Below are positions 25,543 to 41,559 of a stretch of DNA of 64,000 bases, one piece after another. The DNA is from Eledone cirrhosa. Taxonomy: Eukaryota. Below the pieces are notes generated by a model. The model was given only the letters and a program-made list of their open reading frames with translations, was not told where the DNA came from and made no database searches. Location of the stretch: positions 76,260,001 through 76,324,000 of the forward strand of contig OZ024744.1 in assembly GCA_964016885.1 (NCBI GenBank), in the 5' to 3' direction. A program made the translations under genes and the position numbers. Position 1 is the first letter of the stretch. Every line of letters begins with the position of its first letter.

Positions 25543-26770
25543 ACTACCGCCTGGCCGTCGTGCCTTGCCCAAGGGAAACGCTCACCAAAATGGAGCGCGC
25601 ACTCTTCCAACTCCTTTGGAAGAAGCGGGCCCCTTTGGTGAGGAGATCCATCTGCTGTCAACACTCTTCGAAAGGAGGGCTGGTAATGCCGTGGCTGCTG
25701 ATGCGTAAACACGCATTAAGGCTACGGCACCTCCAGGTATTCCTCACCGGTCAACCGGTGTGGGCCCCGTTTGTGAGACGAACCTTTCCAAGACTCGTCT
25801 CACTCACCGAGCTGCAATCCTGTGTCAAGCAAAGACCGAGAAAACTGGGCGCCTAGCACACCGAGTGTGCCCAGGCGCTCACGGCTCTCTGGCAGGCGGA
25901 CCCGGCTGTCAGTGGAGACTCCACCTCGACATTCTATAGAGGGCTGGTACGCAGCAGGTGCGACGACGCCCTCGGAGAAGCCCTAGGCATGGAGGAAGCG
26001 AACTGGCCAGCCTGATCGGTAGGACATTTAGCTCGGGACCCAAGGACAACTTCCAGAGGTCCCTGGCCTGGCAGTGCTACCGAGGGGCTCTGCCCGTTCG
26101 AGAAAAGCTCTACAGACACGGGCGCCCGGAGAGAGACCCCTCGAAAAAGTTCTGTCCCAGATGCATGCGCGACGAGGAAACCGTCGCGCATGCATTGGTA
26201 CACTGCCCGGGCGTCGCCGATCTGTGGGGCTATGTCGAACGACTACTGTCACGGGTGGGACCTATCCGGTTGACCACCGAGTCCATTATAACGATCAAGC
26301 CGCCTCCTTCAAAAATGAAGGAGAGGCGGTGATTCTGTGCGTAATAGCCATGGTGAAAGAGGTTTATGGTGGATGCGTTTGAAAGGACTGGGGTCAGACA
26401 CCTTTCTGTCCGGCCAACAACTGGTCCTTTTCTTCCGATATCATTTCGGAAGAAGAATCAGGATGGAGAGAGAGGTGCTCCACCCCAGTCAGTTTTATGA
26501 AAGGTGGGTGAAAGTGGCGAGAATGGCCCGTGTGAATGGGCCTTCTCTCTATATCAGTCTGTAGGTGAAAAAGATGGAAGAACAAGGGAGCACCCTCTTT
26601 CTGTGCTCCTGAGGAGAAGGGTTGCACATTTTCGGGGGTGTGTGTGATCCCCCAAAACTCCCCCTCCCTATTGAGGACTTTATTGTTAATTTTATATTTG
26701 TTATTGTTTTTTTTTACTCGTTCTTTTGTATTTGTCCCCTTCTTTTGCGCCCTCGTGGCAATAAATAGAA
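25543..26770 (+). mobile_element. Tx1-clade LINE copy C, 5'-truncated, (TA)n tail
   Basis: VPCPRETLTKMERALFQLLWK...CPRCMRDEETVAHALVHC...VARMARVNGPSL; AATAAA then (TA)n. Confidence 0.9.
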
Positions 26771-26848
26771 ATATATATATATATATATATATACACAAAT
26801 ATAAATTAGCGAGAATCGCATTTCAGCTATTGGAAATTTATAATTATA

Positions 26849-26884
26849 TCTTCTGACGAAGGACTGGCATTCGAAACGTAAAGA
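26849..26884 (+). ncRNA. minimal type I hammerhead
   Basis: TCTT-CTGACGA-A-GGA ctggca TTC-GAAACGTA-AAGA. Confidence 0.7.
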
Positions 26885-26936
26885 CATTTTTCCAACTATA
26901 TCAAACGTTAAACTAATATATTTTGTCATTTTACTG

Positions 26937-27256
<320 letters not shown>

Positions 27257-27733
27257 TATATATATATATAAATATATATATATATATGTGTGTGTGTGTT
27301 TTGTGTGTCTATGTGTGTTTGTGTGTGTGCGCGCGCGTATGCAAAAGGTTATATATATATATATATATATATCATATTATATTATGGATTGGCAGTATCG
27401 GTAGAGGATCGGTCGGACGCCATGCTTTGTAGCATAAAGTTACGCCCCTTTACAGTCTGAGTTCAAATCCTACCGAGATTAACTACTTTGTCTTTCATCC
27501 TTACGAGGTCGATAGAATAAAGTACCAGTAATACACTGGTTTAATTGTTAGACTTGCACCAAAATAGAAACAATTATATTATATTATATATGTGCCAAAA
27601 GTAGAAATAATTATATATATATATATACATTGTGCTTCTGTGTATATCAACACGCGTGATTTTATTGGGAGGTATGAGATTGATTATATATTTGTATACA
27701 TTTATGTGCATAGTTATATATATATATATAAAA

Positions 27734-27782
<49 letters not shown>

Positions 27783-28319
27783 CGCGCGTGCGTGTGCTCG
27801 TACGTGTACATATGCATGAGTATATAGGCATTTTTATCAAGCGATGAGAGACAACTAAGTAAAAATATCATTTCGTCCTGTGCGCCACCCATTACTAATA
27901 ACTAACAGCCTTGTTCTGGTTGAATAAAGATGGCGGCACTGATGAACGAATACACGTAGTGATTTTGAAATACAACCTGTTCTGCCATGAAACTTAAAAT
28001 TTGCCGTTAAACACTAGGCTCATCATCATCATTATAGAATGCTGTCGTCACCACTTTCATTTATTACATTTTAAAGGGAGATAATTCCGATAATTTGCAC
28101 ATATATGTATAAGACAGATTTATAAAAATACATTTCTGTAGTGACTTTCCTTAACGCATGATAAAAGTGCAGGCAATAACTGACATAATTCTCCTGTATT
28201 TACATATACGTAATGTTGTTTACTTGGAGAAGTGGTTATTTATCCTTATGTATATTTACTTTTTTGCAATATAAGTGGGTGAAAACATATTTACACACAT
28301 ATACATACATACATAATAC

Positions 28320-28553
28320 ATGTATGCATGTATGCATGCATATATAGATACACGCATGAATGCATGCATACATATATGCATGCATACGTATGTATATACA
28401 TACATGCATGCATGCATACATGCATATATACATACATACATGCATACATACATACATACATGCATGCATACATACATACATACATACATACATACATACA
28501 TACATACATACATACATACATACATACATACATACATACATACATACATACAT
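28320..28553 (+). repeat. (CATA)n tetranucleotide array
   Basis: Directly visible. Confidence 0.95.
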
Positions 28554-28959
28554 GGTGGCTGCCAACTCGTTTTCGAATACGGCCACTACTTTATATCCAT
28601 GTAGGAGAACCCCTACCGATGCGCTGAATGAGTGTGACTTTTTAGTCCAGCCAGCAACTTGAAAACTCTGGTACAAACACTACACCTGCGACAATTATTG
28701 ACACATAGTGCTGGGCCCATGGTACCATGTGACGACAAGTGCAGAGAGATCTCCAGATATAAAGCAATGCCTGTGCCGTGAAGCTTTTATAGTGAGCAAA
28801 GGCACTGCACAAAGCCAGTCCCACTCTCTTAACCAAGATGATATTTACCAAAAAGAAGAATAAGTCAACATCATTGGATACCATCAGAGTTGCAGGTGAA
28901 GTCACCTTTTATTCGAATTCGTAGAGATATCCGACAAAATACATAATTCATTTTACAAG

Positions 28960-31900
28960 GATTTGCTACAATCAGCGTGGCTAAAAAAATCATCAAGACA
29001 AACAACATCAGTGGAATACCGAAGAAAAACGAGAAAGGTAAACAAACTTTATTCAGTTGTAGCTACAGAAGAAACCGAAATTATAAATCGCATTTCTCTT
29101 GGAGTTGCGAGTTTAATGGTGGTTTAGTTTGTTGTTATAAAATGGCAAAAACAATTCCTCCATTGGCTATATGAACAGAATGAAGCTACACTGGGACGAA
29201 ATACACCCAGAGCTAAATCACTTCACAGCGAAACAATTACGCCAACGAGCGACGTTTGTTGAACGTAAAAATAAGATTAATATTATTAATTGTTAGTCCC
29301 CCGCAACAAACATGAAATCAACAACACGTGCTACAGGTTGCCATGCTACTAGATTTCCTAGCAGCCAGGTAGAACAGCGCCTTGAAACAACTATGCCTGT
29401 AAGAAATTTGATACCACATCTACCATCTAAGTCTACCTCGAATGCTGAGGAAAACACTATCGTTCATAATAATAATCGAAGAAATAATAATAATAATCTA
29501 AGAAACTTGACACCACCTGTACCATCTGAGCCTACCTCGAATGCTGGGGAAAACACTATCAATAATGATAATAATCGAAGAAATAATAATAATTGTTTCT
29601 ACTTTAGGCACAAGGCCAAAAGTAACCAGTGCATTACTGGTACTTTATTTTATCGACCCCGTAAGGATGAAAGGCAAAGTCAACCTCGGCAGGATTTGAA
29701 CTCAGATCGTAAAGGGACGTAACTATGCTGGAAAGCATGGCGTCCGACCTTCTACCGATACTGCCAATCCACCGCATAATCGAAGAAATTTGACACCACG
29801 TGTACCATCCGAGTCTGTTGTGGAAAATACAATCGATAATGATAATAATCAAAAGTATAAACAATTGAAAATTTCCCTCAACGAAATCTTCCAGGGGGAA
29901 ATTAATTCATGTATAAACATTTCCCTTGCAATACTAAATAAAAAACCAAATAATGAAATATTACGTGTTATTGACGAAATAGGGGATGAATATTTACGAC
30001 GGATAAAAACCCAAACATTTTGGCAAATCAACGCCTGTTTATATGCCTTAGCAATGACAGTGAAGCATTATCTTGGTGATAGCAGAAATATTAACAAGAA
30101 CAAAACACCACCAAAAATACCATCATAAAATAGAAAAAAAGATTGCTGACCTAAGAAAAACCATAGGATATGTGACAATGCTCCTTACATGCAAACAAAC
30201 ACAAAAAATCTCACTCCTCACCAACAAAGAGTGAAAAATAAAATAGAGACGATGTTTGGTAACAGTAGAACCAGAACTCTTCAATATAAGCTGATCATCC
30301 TCAAACAAGAATTGAGAGCTGTTAGCGAAAAACGCCGATACCTGAAGAAGGTAGATGAAAGAAAAGTGCTTAATAAAAGATTCAGACGAAACCAAACATC
30401 AGTCTATAGACATATGAAGGCAAAATAATAAGTGCCAATGAGGCTCCATCCCAGAAAGACATAGATTCCTTTTGGAGAAAAATATGGGGTGAAAAGAAGA
30501 ATTTCAACCAAGATGCAGTGTGGCTAAAAGAAATCCGAAAGAACTATTACTCCTACACTACAACAAAATTATACGAAATAAGTGAGGGTACCCTTGAGAC
30601 TGTGATAGGAAAACTCCAAGATAAGAAAACACCAGGAAGAGACGTGATTGTCGGCTACTGGTACAAAAAAATGATATTCTATCGGAGGTATCTTACTGGC
30701 CTCTACCAACAAGTTCTTAAGGGAGATGCACTTATATCAGAATGGTTGACATTAGCACAAACATTACTGGTCCCCAAGAACAAAGACACCCACTTGGCAG
30801 AAAATTACCGACCCATTGCATGCCAGAACCTGATGTATAAGATGTATACAGCCTGCCTGAATCTATTCCTCCAAGATCACTGTGAAAATAATAACATCAT
30901 CACAGATGAACAAGCAGCTGGAAAGAAAGGGGTGTGGGGATGTGTTGAACAACTCCTAATCAACAAAACTGCGATGTCGGAGGTGCGACATCTTAGGAGG
31001 AATATGGCTACAGTCTTACTGGACTACAGGAAAGCTTTCGATTCTGTTCCCCACTCTTGGATGATAGAGGCCCTCCAACTTGCTAAAGTCCCAGACATTA
31101 TTGTCAGAGCCATAGAGAAGCTGTCTTCTTCTTGGGCTATTATCCTAAGGTTAAAGACAGAGAGGGAGGACTCTATTTCCACTGATAAAATAAAATATCA
31201 CAGGAGTATATTTCAGGAGGACAGTCTCTCTGTGATATTATGCATACTGCCCTTAAACCCCTTGTCCTTTCTGCTCAAGAAATGTGAAGGATACATCATT
31301 GGCTCACAGGAGGACAGAAATACGAACCTAACCCATAATCACTTTGTGGATGATCTGAAAGTCTATGCCAAGAACATCGATAGGATGAAGAAAAATCTTG
31401 ACTTGGTTACAATGGGGAAAAACAACAACCCAATCTAGCAACATTGTCATCAATGGTCTAACTGTTTCACCAATATCTGATGAGGACTGCTACAGATACC
31501 TGGGAAATAGATGATGACCTATCCTATAATGGTATCTGTAATAAAGAAAGCGTAACCAGTGAATACTACACCCGATTAAGAAAGATCTGGTCATCGGAAC
31601 TCTCTGCGCAAAACAAAACAGTGGCTCACAATGTGTTGCTGTGCCTGTCCTAACACCAGCGTTTGGAATACTCAATTGGACGATAGACGAAATCCGAGCA
31701 GTTGATGTTAGAACTCGAAAAATACTAAACAACACCGGAAACTTCCACATCAACAGTGACATAGACCGCCTTTACTTGAAACGTAAGCAGGGAGGCAGAG
31801 ATATAACATCGGTCCAGACAGCATTTGAATGCTGCATCATATCCCTCCGACAAGTGTAGGAGACCGTACGAACCTCGAAGCGTAGAAGCCCGCCCCTAGA

Positions 31901-33070
31901 GCAAGTCTATCTGCATGAAACAGATAAGATCATGAGAGTTGGGAAGGAACTCCTCGAGAGATATTCCCTGTGTAATAATCAAAAACTCACACCCAGGGAA
32001 GCTGCTCAGCAGTATCGCAGTGAATTCATGGATAAAAAACTGCATGCAAAATATCATGCATGGATATGTTGCCAGGGAGCTCCAGAGTGAGAGTAATATA
32101 GATAAGGAAAGTAGTCTATCTTGGACCAATAACCACTATATTGGCTCCCACTTTGAAGGATACGTTTTTGCAATTCACGAACAGGAATTCAACACGAAAT
32201 ACCTGATTCACAAAAGAGATAGGGATGCAGGCAAAACACCTAGATGTGATAACAAGTGCAGACTCTGCAGAATCAACATCGAAGATGTCGCCCATGTCAT
32301 AAGAAGCTGTCCAAAGATGTCATCGCGGTACTATCTACCTATGAGGCGTGATGTAGTGGCCAAAATACTGTTCAATGCAGTTCGTAAAAAAAATAGCCCC
32401 GATAATAAACACATTAAAAGCTACAACAATGTACATAATATGAAAGAGTACTGGTGGAATGTTCCAGTAAAAACCCCAATAAAATGCAGGCATAACAGAG
32501 CAGATATTATGATATGGAACAGGGAAAAGAAGGGATGTACAGTAGTGGAAGTTAGCTGCCCAGCAGATGCCAATATAATATCAAAGATTAGCGAAAAGGA
32601 GAATATTTATGCAGAACTGATGAGAAATCTGCAGATACTGCACCATGATTATACATTCAGATTTATGCCTGTGATTATTGGGGCACTGGGATATGTTAGT
32701 AACTGCCTCAATACAAATCTTCTCAAGCTGGGATTCACAGGAACAGAAAGAACACAACTAGTAAGGAAATTACAAGTACAATCCATTAATGGAACAGTAA
32801 AAATATGTAAAACATTTCAAAAATGTTGCATCTAATAACTGCATATACACATGTACAGATACAAAGCATATACACATGCACATAATCAACTCAAAATATA
32901 CACATCCACACATACAATAACAGCCATATCTACACATGAATGCATGCAGAAATGAATACATATCTACCTAGTTGATATTGTGTAAATTCCAATAAGAGAG
33001 TCTTGTTTCTATGTTAGACACTAATTCTCTCTCTATTGGCAAAAGATTTGTGAAATAAAACCAGAAGAAC
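28960..33070 (+). mobile_element. decayed near-full-length R4/Dong-type non-LTR retrotransposon (RT + CCHC + REL endonuclease)
   Basis: RT: YRPIACQN, EQAAGKKG, DYRKAFDSVPH, IFQEDSLS, FVDDLKVY (30518-31438). C-terminus: CRLC...HVIRSC, RHNRADI, VEVSCP, KENIY, PVIIGALG (31939-32835). Multiple stops/frameshifts; three ~90-bp tandem units at 29400-29855. Confidence 0.85.
29585..29775 (-). mobile_element. Deu/Nin-domain SINE nested in the R4-type element
   Basis: 14-bp TSD ATAATCGAAGAAAT at 29571-29584 and 29776-29789. Confidence 0.9.
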
Positions 33071-33189
33071 ATACATGATGGCTGAAAACTCTGCTAACAG
33101 TACTGCAATTGCTTGGAGGATTATAGAGTTTGGTGCACTTTTAGGCTACGGCCAGCCACACAAACATGTAACATATCCTGAACAATGAA

Positions 33190-33600
33190 TGTCAGTGCTT
33201 TGAATGTTTTTTTTCAGTGGGGGAAAGGCCTTGCACTCGACCAATCCCACTCTCTAAGCATCGAAAACACTACTTGAAAAGGAGAACTGGTCAACATCAT
33301 CGGATGCTTGCGATGCCGCAGTTTTTTGTTTTTCAGTTTCCTTCTGCTAGAAAGGTGTTGTGACAACAACTGGGGGTCTTTCACTCCCAGGTGAAAGAAA
33401 AGTACTATTTGGATGGCCGTTGACTCTGCTGAGTTCGGCACCCTTACCGGGTCTTGTATTTCATCCTACAGGGTGTCCAAGTATCACTCTCCTCACCAAG
33501 CAAGCTTGGTGGGGTTGCCGGTTTAGTCGTGGATGACCCGACCATGAGACGGGTTGTACTGGGTTACATGTTTCCAGTAGCACTCGAGAGCGACCCGACA
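33190..33600 (-). mobile_element. probable RTE-like LINE 5' UTR fragment
   Basis: Minus strand GTCGGGTCGCTCTCGAGTGCT...ATGGTCGGGTC...GACTAAACCGGCAACCCCA matches 3984-4066(+); clade assignment is tentative. Confidence 0.4.
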
Positions 33601-33634
33601 TATACATATATACATACATTCATACATACATAAA

Positions 33635-34300
33635 GCCTAGCATGGAGTTCCGACAACTTTATGACATCCCACCTTGAAGGATATCTCTATGCAATACAGG
33701 AACAAAAAAATTCTGCAAAATATCTGCTACAAAAAAGAGGAGGGCCATCAGTCGACAATAAATGTAAAACAAAGATCGAAGATGTTAGTCACATTATTGC
33801 CAACTGCGAAAGAATGTCGTCTCGCTACTACCTCCCTATGAGACACAATGTGATAGCTAGAACCATCTGGAGCGCACTTAGGAAAACAACATTAAAAACA
33901 AATGAGGAGGAATATGTTGAGATAGATGGCACTAGAAAATACTGGTGGAACCTGAATATAAAAACTGCCAACAAATTAAAGCATAACCGGCCTGATATTG
34001 TTGTTTGGGACCACACATTGAAAACGTGTTCTGTTGTTGTGATCAGCTGCCGACTTGAAGCCAACTTTGTCAGAAAAATACAGGAGAAAGAGGACATCTA
34101 CGGACCATTGATGAGGAGTTTGCAGATCCAGTCTTCAAGATACACCTTCAGCTTCATACCCATTATTATGGAGCTACAGCTTATAAACCAATTCACTTGG
34201 ACCAAAGTATAACTGAACTTGGATTTGTGGACAAAGAGCGTAGACTACAAATGACTGCGATAGCTGGCACCTTCAAAATTTGCGATTCAAGGAATGACAA
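33635..34300 (+). mobile_element. second R4/Dong-type 3' fragment
   Basis: SHLEGYLYAIQEQ...YYLPMRHN...YWWN...HNRPDIVVWD...KEDIY, paralogous to 31939-32835. Confidence 0.8.
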
Positions 34301-34973
34301 TTTCTTTTCTTTTACAACCTTGCCACCAGGAAAGTGACCGGTCTAACATGTACTCGAAATTAAGCGAAAGAGAGACATACAATATGGAAGTAAACTCATG
34401 ACCGAGTACGACCACTTCTTAGAAAAACAGACAGCTTCTTTTCAAATTCCTCAAAACCGGTAGCATTGAGATTTAGCCACTGTGCTCTGTCTGTTGCAAA
34501 AATTCCACATGTTTCGGTGGTCATGTTGACCTTCTCGATGGTTTCTTTCAAGAAGTCTTTATAGTGGTTGTGTGGCTTGCATTACAGGCATTTGCCTTGC
34601 AACAGTTCTCCATACAATATTTGTTTTAGAGGTCAGCTGTTCCCTAGGCGTACCATGTGACTTGACCAACGGAAACGCTGCTTTATAATCATAGTCTCGA
34701 TACTTGGCAGACAGCCCCGTTGCAACACATGAGTATATGATATATGAGAGCTCCGTGAGATCTTGAAGATAGAACACAAATATTGTTGCTGGAAACGTTC
34801 GAGACGCTGGATATGCCTATAAGGTTCTCGTTTATCTTATGGAAGGGTCATATCAGTCCTGTATTCGAATTAAGAGTTACGTCTAGAAAATTCACTACTT
34901 TAAGATTGTATTCGTACGTTATTTTCAGACCCAGTTCGCATAGTTATATATATATATATACCAGTTCGCATAG

Positions 34974-35086
<113 letters not shown>

Positions 35087-35117
35087 TATGCGAACTGATA
35101 TATATATATATATATAT

Positions 35118-36297
35118 AACTATGCGAACTGGGTCTGAAAATAACGTACGAATACAATCTTAAAGTAGTGAATTTTCTAGACGTAACTCTTAATTCGAAT
35201 ACAGGACTGATATGACCCTTCCATAAGATAAACGAGAACCTTACCTATATTAATTTTAACTCCAATCACCCACTTTCCATGATCAAATCGGTTCCTCGTA
35301 GTATTTCTCTCAGAATCTCTCGCCTATCGTCTAACTCTCAGATTTTCAGTGAACATGCGGAATACTATAATAACGCATTAAGGAATGCAGACCACCTGGA
35401 TAAAATAGAATACATTGATAGGAATCACCAGAGCACACATAGCAACACACAAAATCGAAGAATATGTAACCGGGGTACAGAAATACAAGCGCACACACGC
35501 AGTACCACCAGACATACTAACAATAGAAAATCATCACCAAACTCAAATAAATTACGTTGTAGAAAGCATATATGGTATAATCCCATTTTTAATGCTTCGA
35601 TTAGTACGAAACTATCTCTTTCATTCTTTAAGTTAATTAATTTCCCTAATTCCCATAAATACAGTAAAATTCTAAGACTGTTAAGCTATCATACTCCACT
35701 GCACCAAACCTAGAAGCATACATAAAAAATTTAACTTAAAGCGATTATTAAACAACACTACAAAACAAAATATTTTAGAAACAGATGGGCATAACGTAAT
35801 ATCAGCCTCCCAACCACCTGAACTGTTATCCCAACCTATCCATGGTACAGCTGTTACCCATAACAAAAACTGCAACTGCAATTGCCACCTACCCGAAAGA
35901 TGCCCATTGAAGAATAAATGCCTAGAGTCCAACATTGTTTATCAATGCACTATCGAATCAAACGACCAGAAATGGGTCTACCTCTACCTCCTTTAAATCA
36001 CGCTGGTATCGTCATCGATTTTCGATTAAACATCCTGAACACCGTTATGTAACCACGCTCAACAATAAGACCTGGCAACTCCGTGAATACAACCGGCAGT
36101 TCACCTTAAAATGGGATAAATTATCCAGCGCTAGTGCATATCGGAGTGGATTGAAGTACTGCAGATTATGCAACCTTGAACTCTTTTATATCTTGAAATC
36201 TAAAAACAACTTACTAAATGACAGAATCGAACGATCGTTATACTGCAAGCACAAACTGAAGGCTAAATTTTATCACTATAAAAGTAAATTAACATAA
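35118..36297 (+). pseudogene. 5'-truncated PLE of a different clade (probably Hydra-type): RT C-terminus + C-terminal GIY-YIG
   Basis: [20 protein letters not shown]...SNHP...SISLRISRLSS...IWYNP...CNC...CPLKNKCLESNIVYQC...FKSRWYRH...CRLCNLE...LLN...CKH across frameshifts. Confidence 0.75.
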
Positions 36298-36777
36298 TAT
36301 GAACCCGAGACTACTACACCACATTCTCGCAAACTAATTTCATTCAATAACTACTACCTAACAATATATCCCCCCCCCCCCCATACGCACACACACACAC
36401 ACTACAAGTCAGTACCTTGCTTATCGTAATAAATGGATACTTAAGTGCGATCAGCAAACTACAACTACGAACTCGGTGTATATCGCCTTTTTCTGCCCCC
36501 CCCCCCTCTCTCTCTTTCTCTCTCTCCCTTTCTCTCTCTCCCCCTCTCCCCCTCTCTCTCTCTCACCCTCTGTCTATCTCCCTCCTTCTCCACATCTATC
36601 AATCTGCTCTCTGTGGCAATAAATAATTCCAAACTTGACAATATCAACACAATGCCTAAGTTGTCACTTTGAGAGTAAGCAGTATAATAAAACCACTTGT
36701 TGGACCCCTATCACAACATTTAGATTAATCTATCTGTATTTTTCAAACCACTCTCGCCCATTTCTCCGACCCCTACA

Positions 36778-36824
<47 letters not shown>

Positions 36825-37082
36825 CTCTCCCCTTCTTTCTCTCTTCCTTTTCTACTCTATCTTCCCCAATAACTCCCATTAAGAAATACAAGGGAATTTA
36901 CACTTTAGCCATTTGCTCTGTAGACATGGTAGGATGAACAGCATTTGAAAATTGAGTATCTACAAATAAATAAATACCAATTTGCACGTAGCATCACTAG
37001 GCAGTGTAACTACTAAAGAAACATTTGGAAGCACTCGGAATAAATTACCTTTTTATGATGTCTACCTGTTTTATTATTCATT

Positions 37083-37119
<37 letters not shown>

Positions 37120-37140
37120 AGTGTGTGTGTGCGTGTGTGT

Positions 37141-37246
<106 letters not shown>

Positions 37247-37330
37247 ACAGGTAAGCAGAAATAATAACACAATCGGTACAGTATATGGAAGGAATATATT
37301 AGGTTAACGCTTGATATAGCAGGAAGAGGG

Positions 37331-37366
37331 TCTTAACGTTTCGGACGCTAGTCCTTCATCAGAAGA
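37331..37366 (-). ncRNA. minimal type I hammerhead (intact) in an inverted pLTR
   Basis: Minus strand TCTT-CTGATGA-A-GGAC tagc GTCC-GAAACGTT-AAGA. Confidence 0.8.
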
Positions 37367-37407
37367 AAGAATGAAAAATAAGATAGGATGAGGGGTCGGG
37401 CGGGTTA

Positions 37408-37519
<112 letters not shown>

Positions 37520-37939
37520 GATATAGATATATATATTATATATTATCTATATATATATTTTTTAAAATGACAGATTAAAGTTTAAGCAAAGAATCGGTGC
37601 TTTCACCCTTAACGGGATCTTCTGAGTTTAAGAAGATCCCGTTAAGGGTGAAAGCAGCGATTATTTGCTTAAACTATAATCTGTTATTTTAATAAATATT
37701 TGCTCTAGGGTTCTTATATATTTGATATATATTTATCCTTATCGAATCCTCTTTGGATTTTAGTCTTCAAATTTATTATTATTACTATATATATATATAT
37801 TATTATATATATATATAACATTCGATTCTTTTGCAATTACGCAAACAAGCCTTAATTTTATAGCCAATTCTCGAAAAACCCAGATTATATTTATTCAGCC
37901 ATGTAGAGCGAACATTTTGTATAATATATATATATATAT

Positions 37940-39815
37940 ATTTATATATCACCCTACCCCTTACCCCAGCACTACCACCCCGTCTGTCTGAGCTTGTTCT
38001 CACCCTCAATGGATTTTTCTTTTTCGGTTGAATTTTATCAATAGGTTAACGATGGAAACCAGAATGGGTCCAAACTATGCCAACTTGTTTGTTGGCTACG
38101 TCAAAGCCCAGTACGCTGGACCGATACCTAAGCTATACGGTCATTATATGTACGACTGTATCGGCGCCACCTCTCTATCACGAGAAGAGCTCGACTGTTT
38201 TCTTTCTTTTGTCCAATCTTTCCATCCTACTCTCAATTTCACCGCCCCCGTCTCCGATTCTTCTGTTTCTTTTTTAGATATCTCACCACACCCTCTCTAC
38301 TTCCATCTTCATTAAACCAACATACTCGCAATCTGACCTCGACTTCACCTCCTCCCATCCAACCCACACCAAACAATCCATACCGTATTCCAAATTCCTC
38401 CGTCTTCTTCAACTCTGTAGCTAGGATGACGATTTCGAAACCCATTCCCTTCGCATAGCTTCTTGCTTCATCCAGCGTGGATATCCCCCCCCCCTGATCC
38501 AGGCTACTCTCACCCGCGCCCGTGAAACAGACCGCACCACAGCCCTCCCACCCTCCCAACACCCGTGTTCCTTTCCCTTTCACATACCACCCCATCACCC
38601 TACCACTCCTGCGACATATCCTCCGTTCCTTCCATATCCTCTCTTCTGACCCCTTCGCTTCTCGCTTTTTTCAAAACCCAACCATTACTGATTTTAAGCG
38701 CCCCCGCAACCCCGGCAACCCCCGCGACCTCCTGGTTCGCAGTTCCTTTTCGTCCTCTCCCACGACTCCACCCGGCTCTCATCCTTGTTCCCGTTCCCGC
38801 TGCAACACTTGTCGCTTTATTTCCACCTTCACCACTCTTACAGGCCCTAACGGGTCTTACCGTATCCGCCATTCCTTCACCTTCCCATCCATCCACATTG
38901 TCTATGCCCTCGGTGGTCCCTGTGTGGGTCTTTATATATCGGACAAATGGGACGCCGTATGGCGGACCGTTTTGCTGAACATTTGAGGGACATCAGACTC
39001 GGTTTGGATACTCCTGTCGCCCGTCATTTCTGTTCTCCTGGTCATTCTTCCCTACATGTTTCAGTGCTGGGTGTCCTTTTACATCATGGATCACAGGCCT
39101 TGCGCACCAGGACTGAACAAAGTCTGATTCACCGTCTTGGGTCCTATTCCCCTCTTGGACTCAACTCACCTCCCCAATTTCTCTAATACCCCGTCCATTA
39201 TCACACCCCTAGTTTCCTATCACTTTCTCTTGATCATTAGCAGCTTCTCTTACAACTAATACATGCCGACTATATATGCTCACTCCACTTTTCCCTTCAC
39301 TGCTCTGTATACACACATATACACCCTTATATTAACATACTTTTGCTCATAGCTTCGTACTTACATGTTCACACACTCTTTTACTCACATATACACACAT
39401 TTTTCTTCTTAGCTTCGTACGGACCTATAATAACACACACATACGCACACACACAAGCACATGCTTACGCACCTACACAAGTATAGCTCTTATTACAAAA
39501 CAGTTTTTTTTTCCATTTCAGGTAGACGCGCTCCATCATCCACTTTTCTAAAAAAATAAATCATACACAAAACGCCAGCACCAATAGTTTTGCAAGAGAT
39601 GTCAACAGGAATGGACCTGTTATTTTTATCTAAATACATTTGTTCCAATTCCATCCCGCCTGTCTCTTCAATCTATCTTATTTCTCATTCTTTCTTCTGA
39701 TGAAAGACTAGCGTCCGAAACTTTAAGACCCTCTTCTTGCTATATCAAGCGTTAACCTAATATATCGCTTCCATATACTGTACCGATTGTGTTGTTATTC
39801 TGTTTAAGTTTTACA
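37940..39815 (+). mobile_element. decayed PLE (same group as 1-651): RT core, GIY-YIG, 3' UTR, pLTR
   Basis: TRMGPNYANLFVG, YMYDC (YIDD position), FLDI, IPYSKFLRL, PFTYHP, CSRSRCNTC, YIGQMGRRMADRFAEH...PLGLN (stop 39184-39186); mutated hammerhead at 39693-39728. Confidence 0.88.
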
Positions 39816-39824
39816 TACATATAT

Positions 39825-39885
<61 letters not shown>

Positions 39886-40538
39886 TATACAATGATATTA
39901 AATAAATGGAAACTATATTTATAAAACCATATTTATTATATTATATATATTTCAAGGGTACCAACATTTTGGTACGCTATAATCAGATAAAATACAAAAT
40001 GTTTTATAAATATTTGACATGACCAAGGATAATATACCTTAACGGTTCAAGTTATTCCTGGAAAGTGAAGGGAAGAGAGAAAACAGATATTTCAAATTAT
40101 TAATATTAGTATGCAAATGACGTTTATATTAAAGGGCTGAAAAAAGGTTATTTTAGACGCTATGGAAAATTTAAATAATTCTGAAAAGGAAGAGCAAGAG
40201 AAAGGAATTTGGTGGAAACACTTTTTTTAACCTATATTATGAGTTATAATATTGTATATATATATAATCAATTAGATTATATGAAGAATTTTGGTTGTAA
40301 GTATTTTTATCTGATTACATTAAGATAGGTTATATGTATATAAATATCTAAATATATGTTGATAAGTTGCGTATGTATTGATTGTTTATATATCAAATAT
40401 GAGTTACGAAGGATGTTGAAATTTTATTTTCATGTTGTGAGATTAGAATAATTTGTGGATTCCCAAATTTGGTTCAACATTGAGAATGTTTTCAGAATAT
40501 TCTTAATTTCTTAATTTAACGAAGCTATATAAATTATA

Positions 40539-40621
<83 letters not shown>

Positions 40622-40877
40622 TATATATATATATTATTTATATATATTATTTATATATATTATATTTATATATATATATGATATTTATATATATATGATG
40701 TTTATATATATATGATATTTATATATATATATGATATTTATATATATATATATATATGATATATATATATATATATATATATTATATTTAATATATATAT
40801 ATTATTTTTAATATATATATATTATATTTATATATATATATATATATATATTATATTTAATATATATATATTATATT

Positions 40878-40908
<31 letters not shown>

Positions 40909-40934
40909 TATATTTAATATATATATATTATATT

Positions 40935-40965
<31 letters not shown>

Positions 40966-40991
40966 TATATTTAATATATATATATTATATT

Positions 40992-41500
<509 letters not shown>

Positions 41501-41559
41501 ATATATATATTGAATGTTTGGTTGGTAGAGTCCATAACACCAATCAAACCCCTTTTATA

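Noticed and set aside
33480-33600. Possible HDV-like ribozyme in the RTE-like 5' UTR (GACTAAACCGG resembles J4/2-P2)
   Set aside because: Could not build P1/P1.1/P3 by eye in either copy; needs a descriptor search.
36919-36970. Hammerhead remnant after the Hydra-type PLE (TGTAGA...GATGA...GAAA...GTA-TCTACA-AATAAA); similar remnants near 17930, 34510, 48135, 49317
   Set aside because: Core or stem II too degraded to call.
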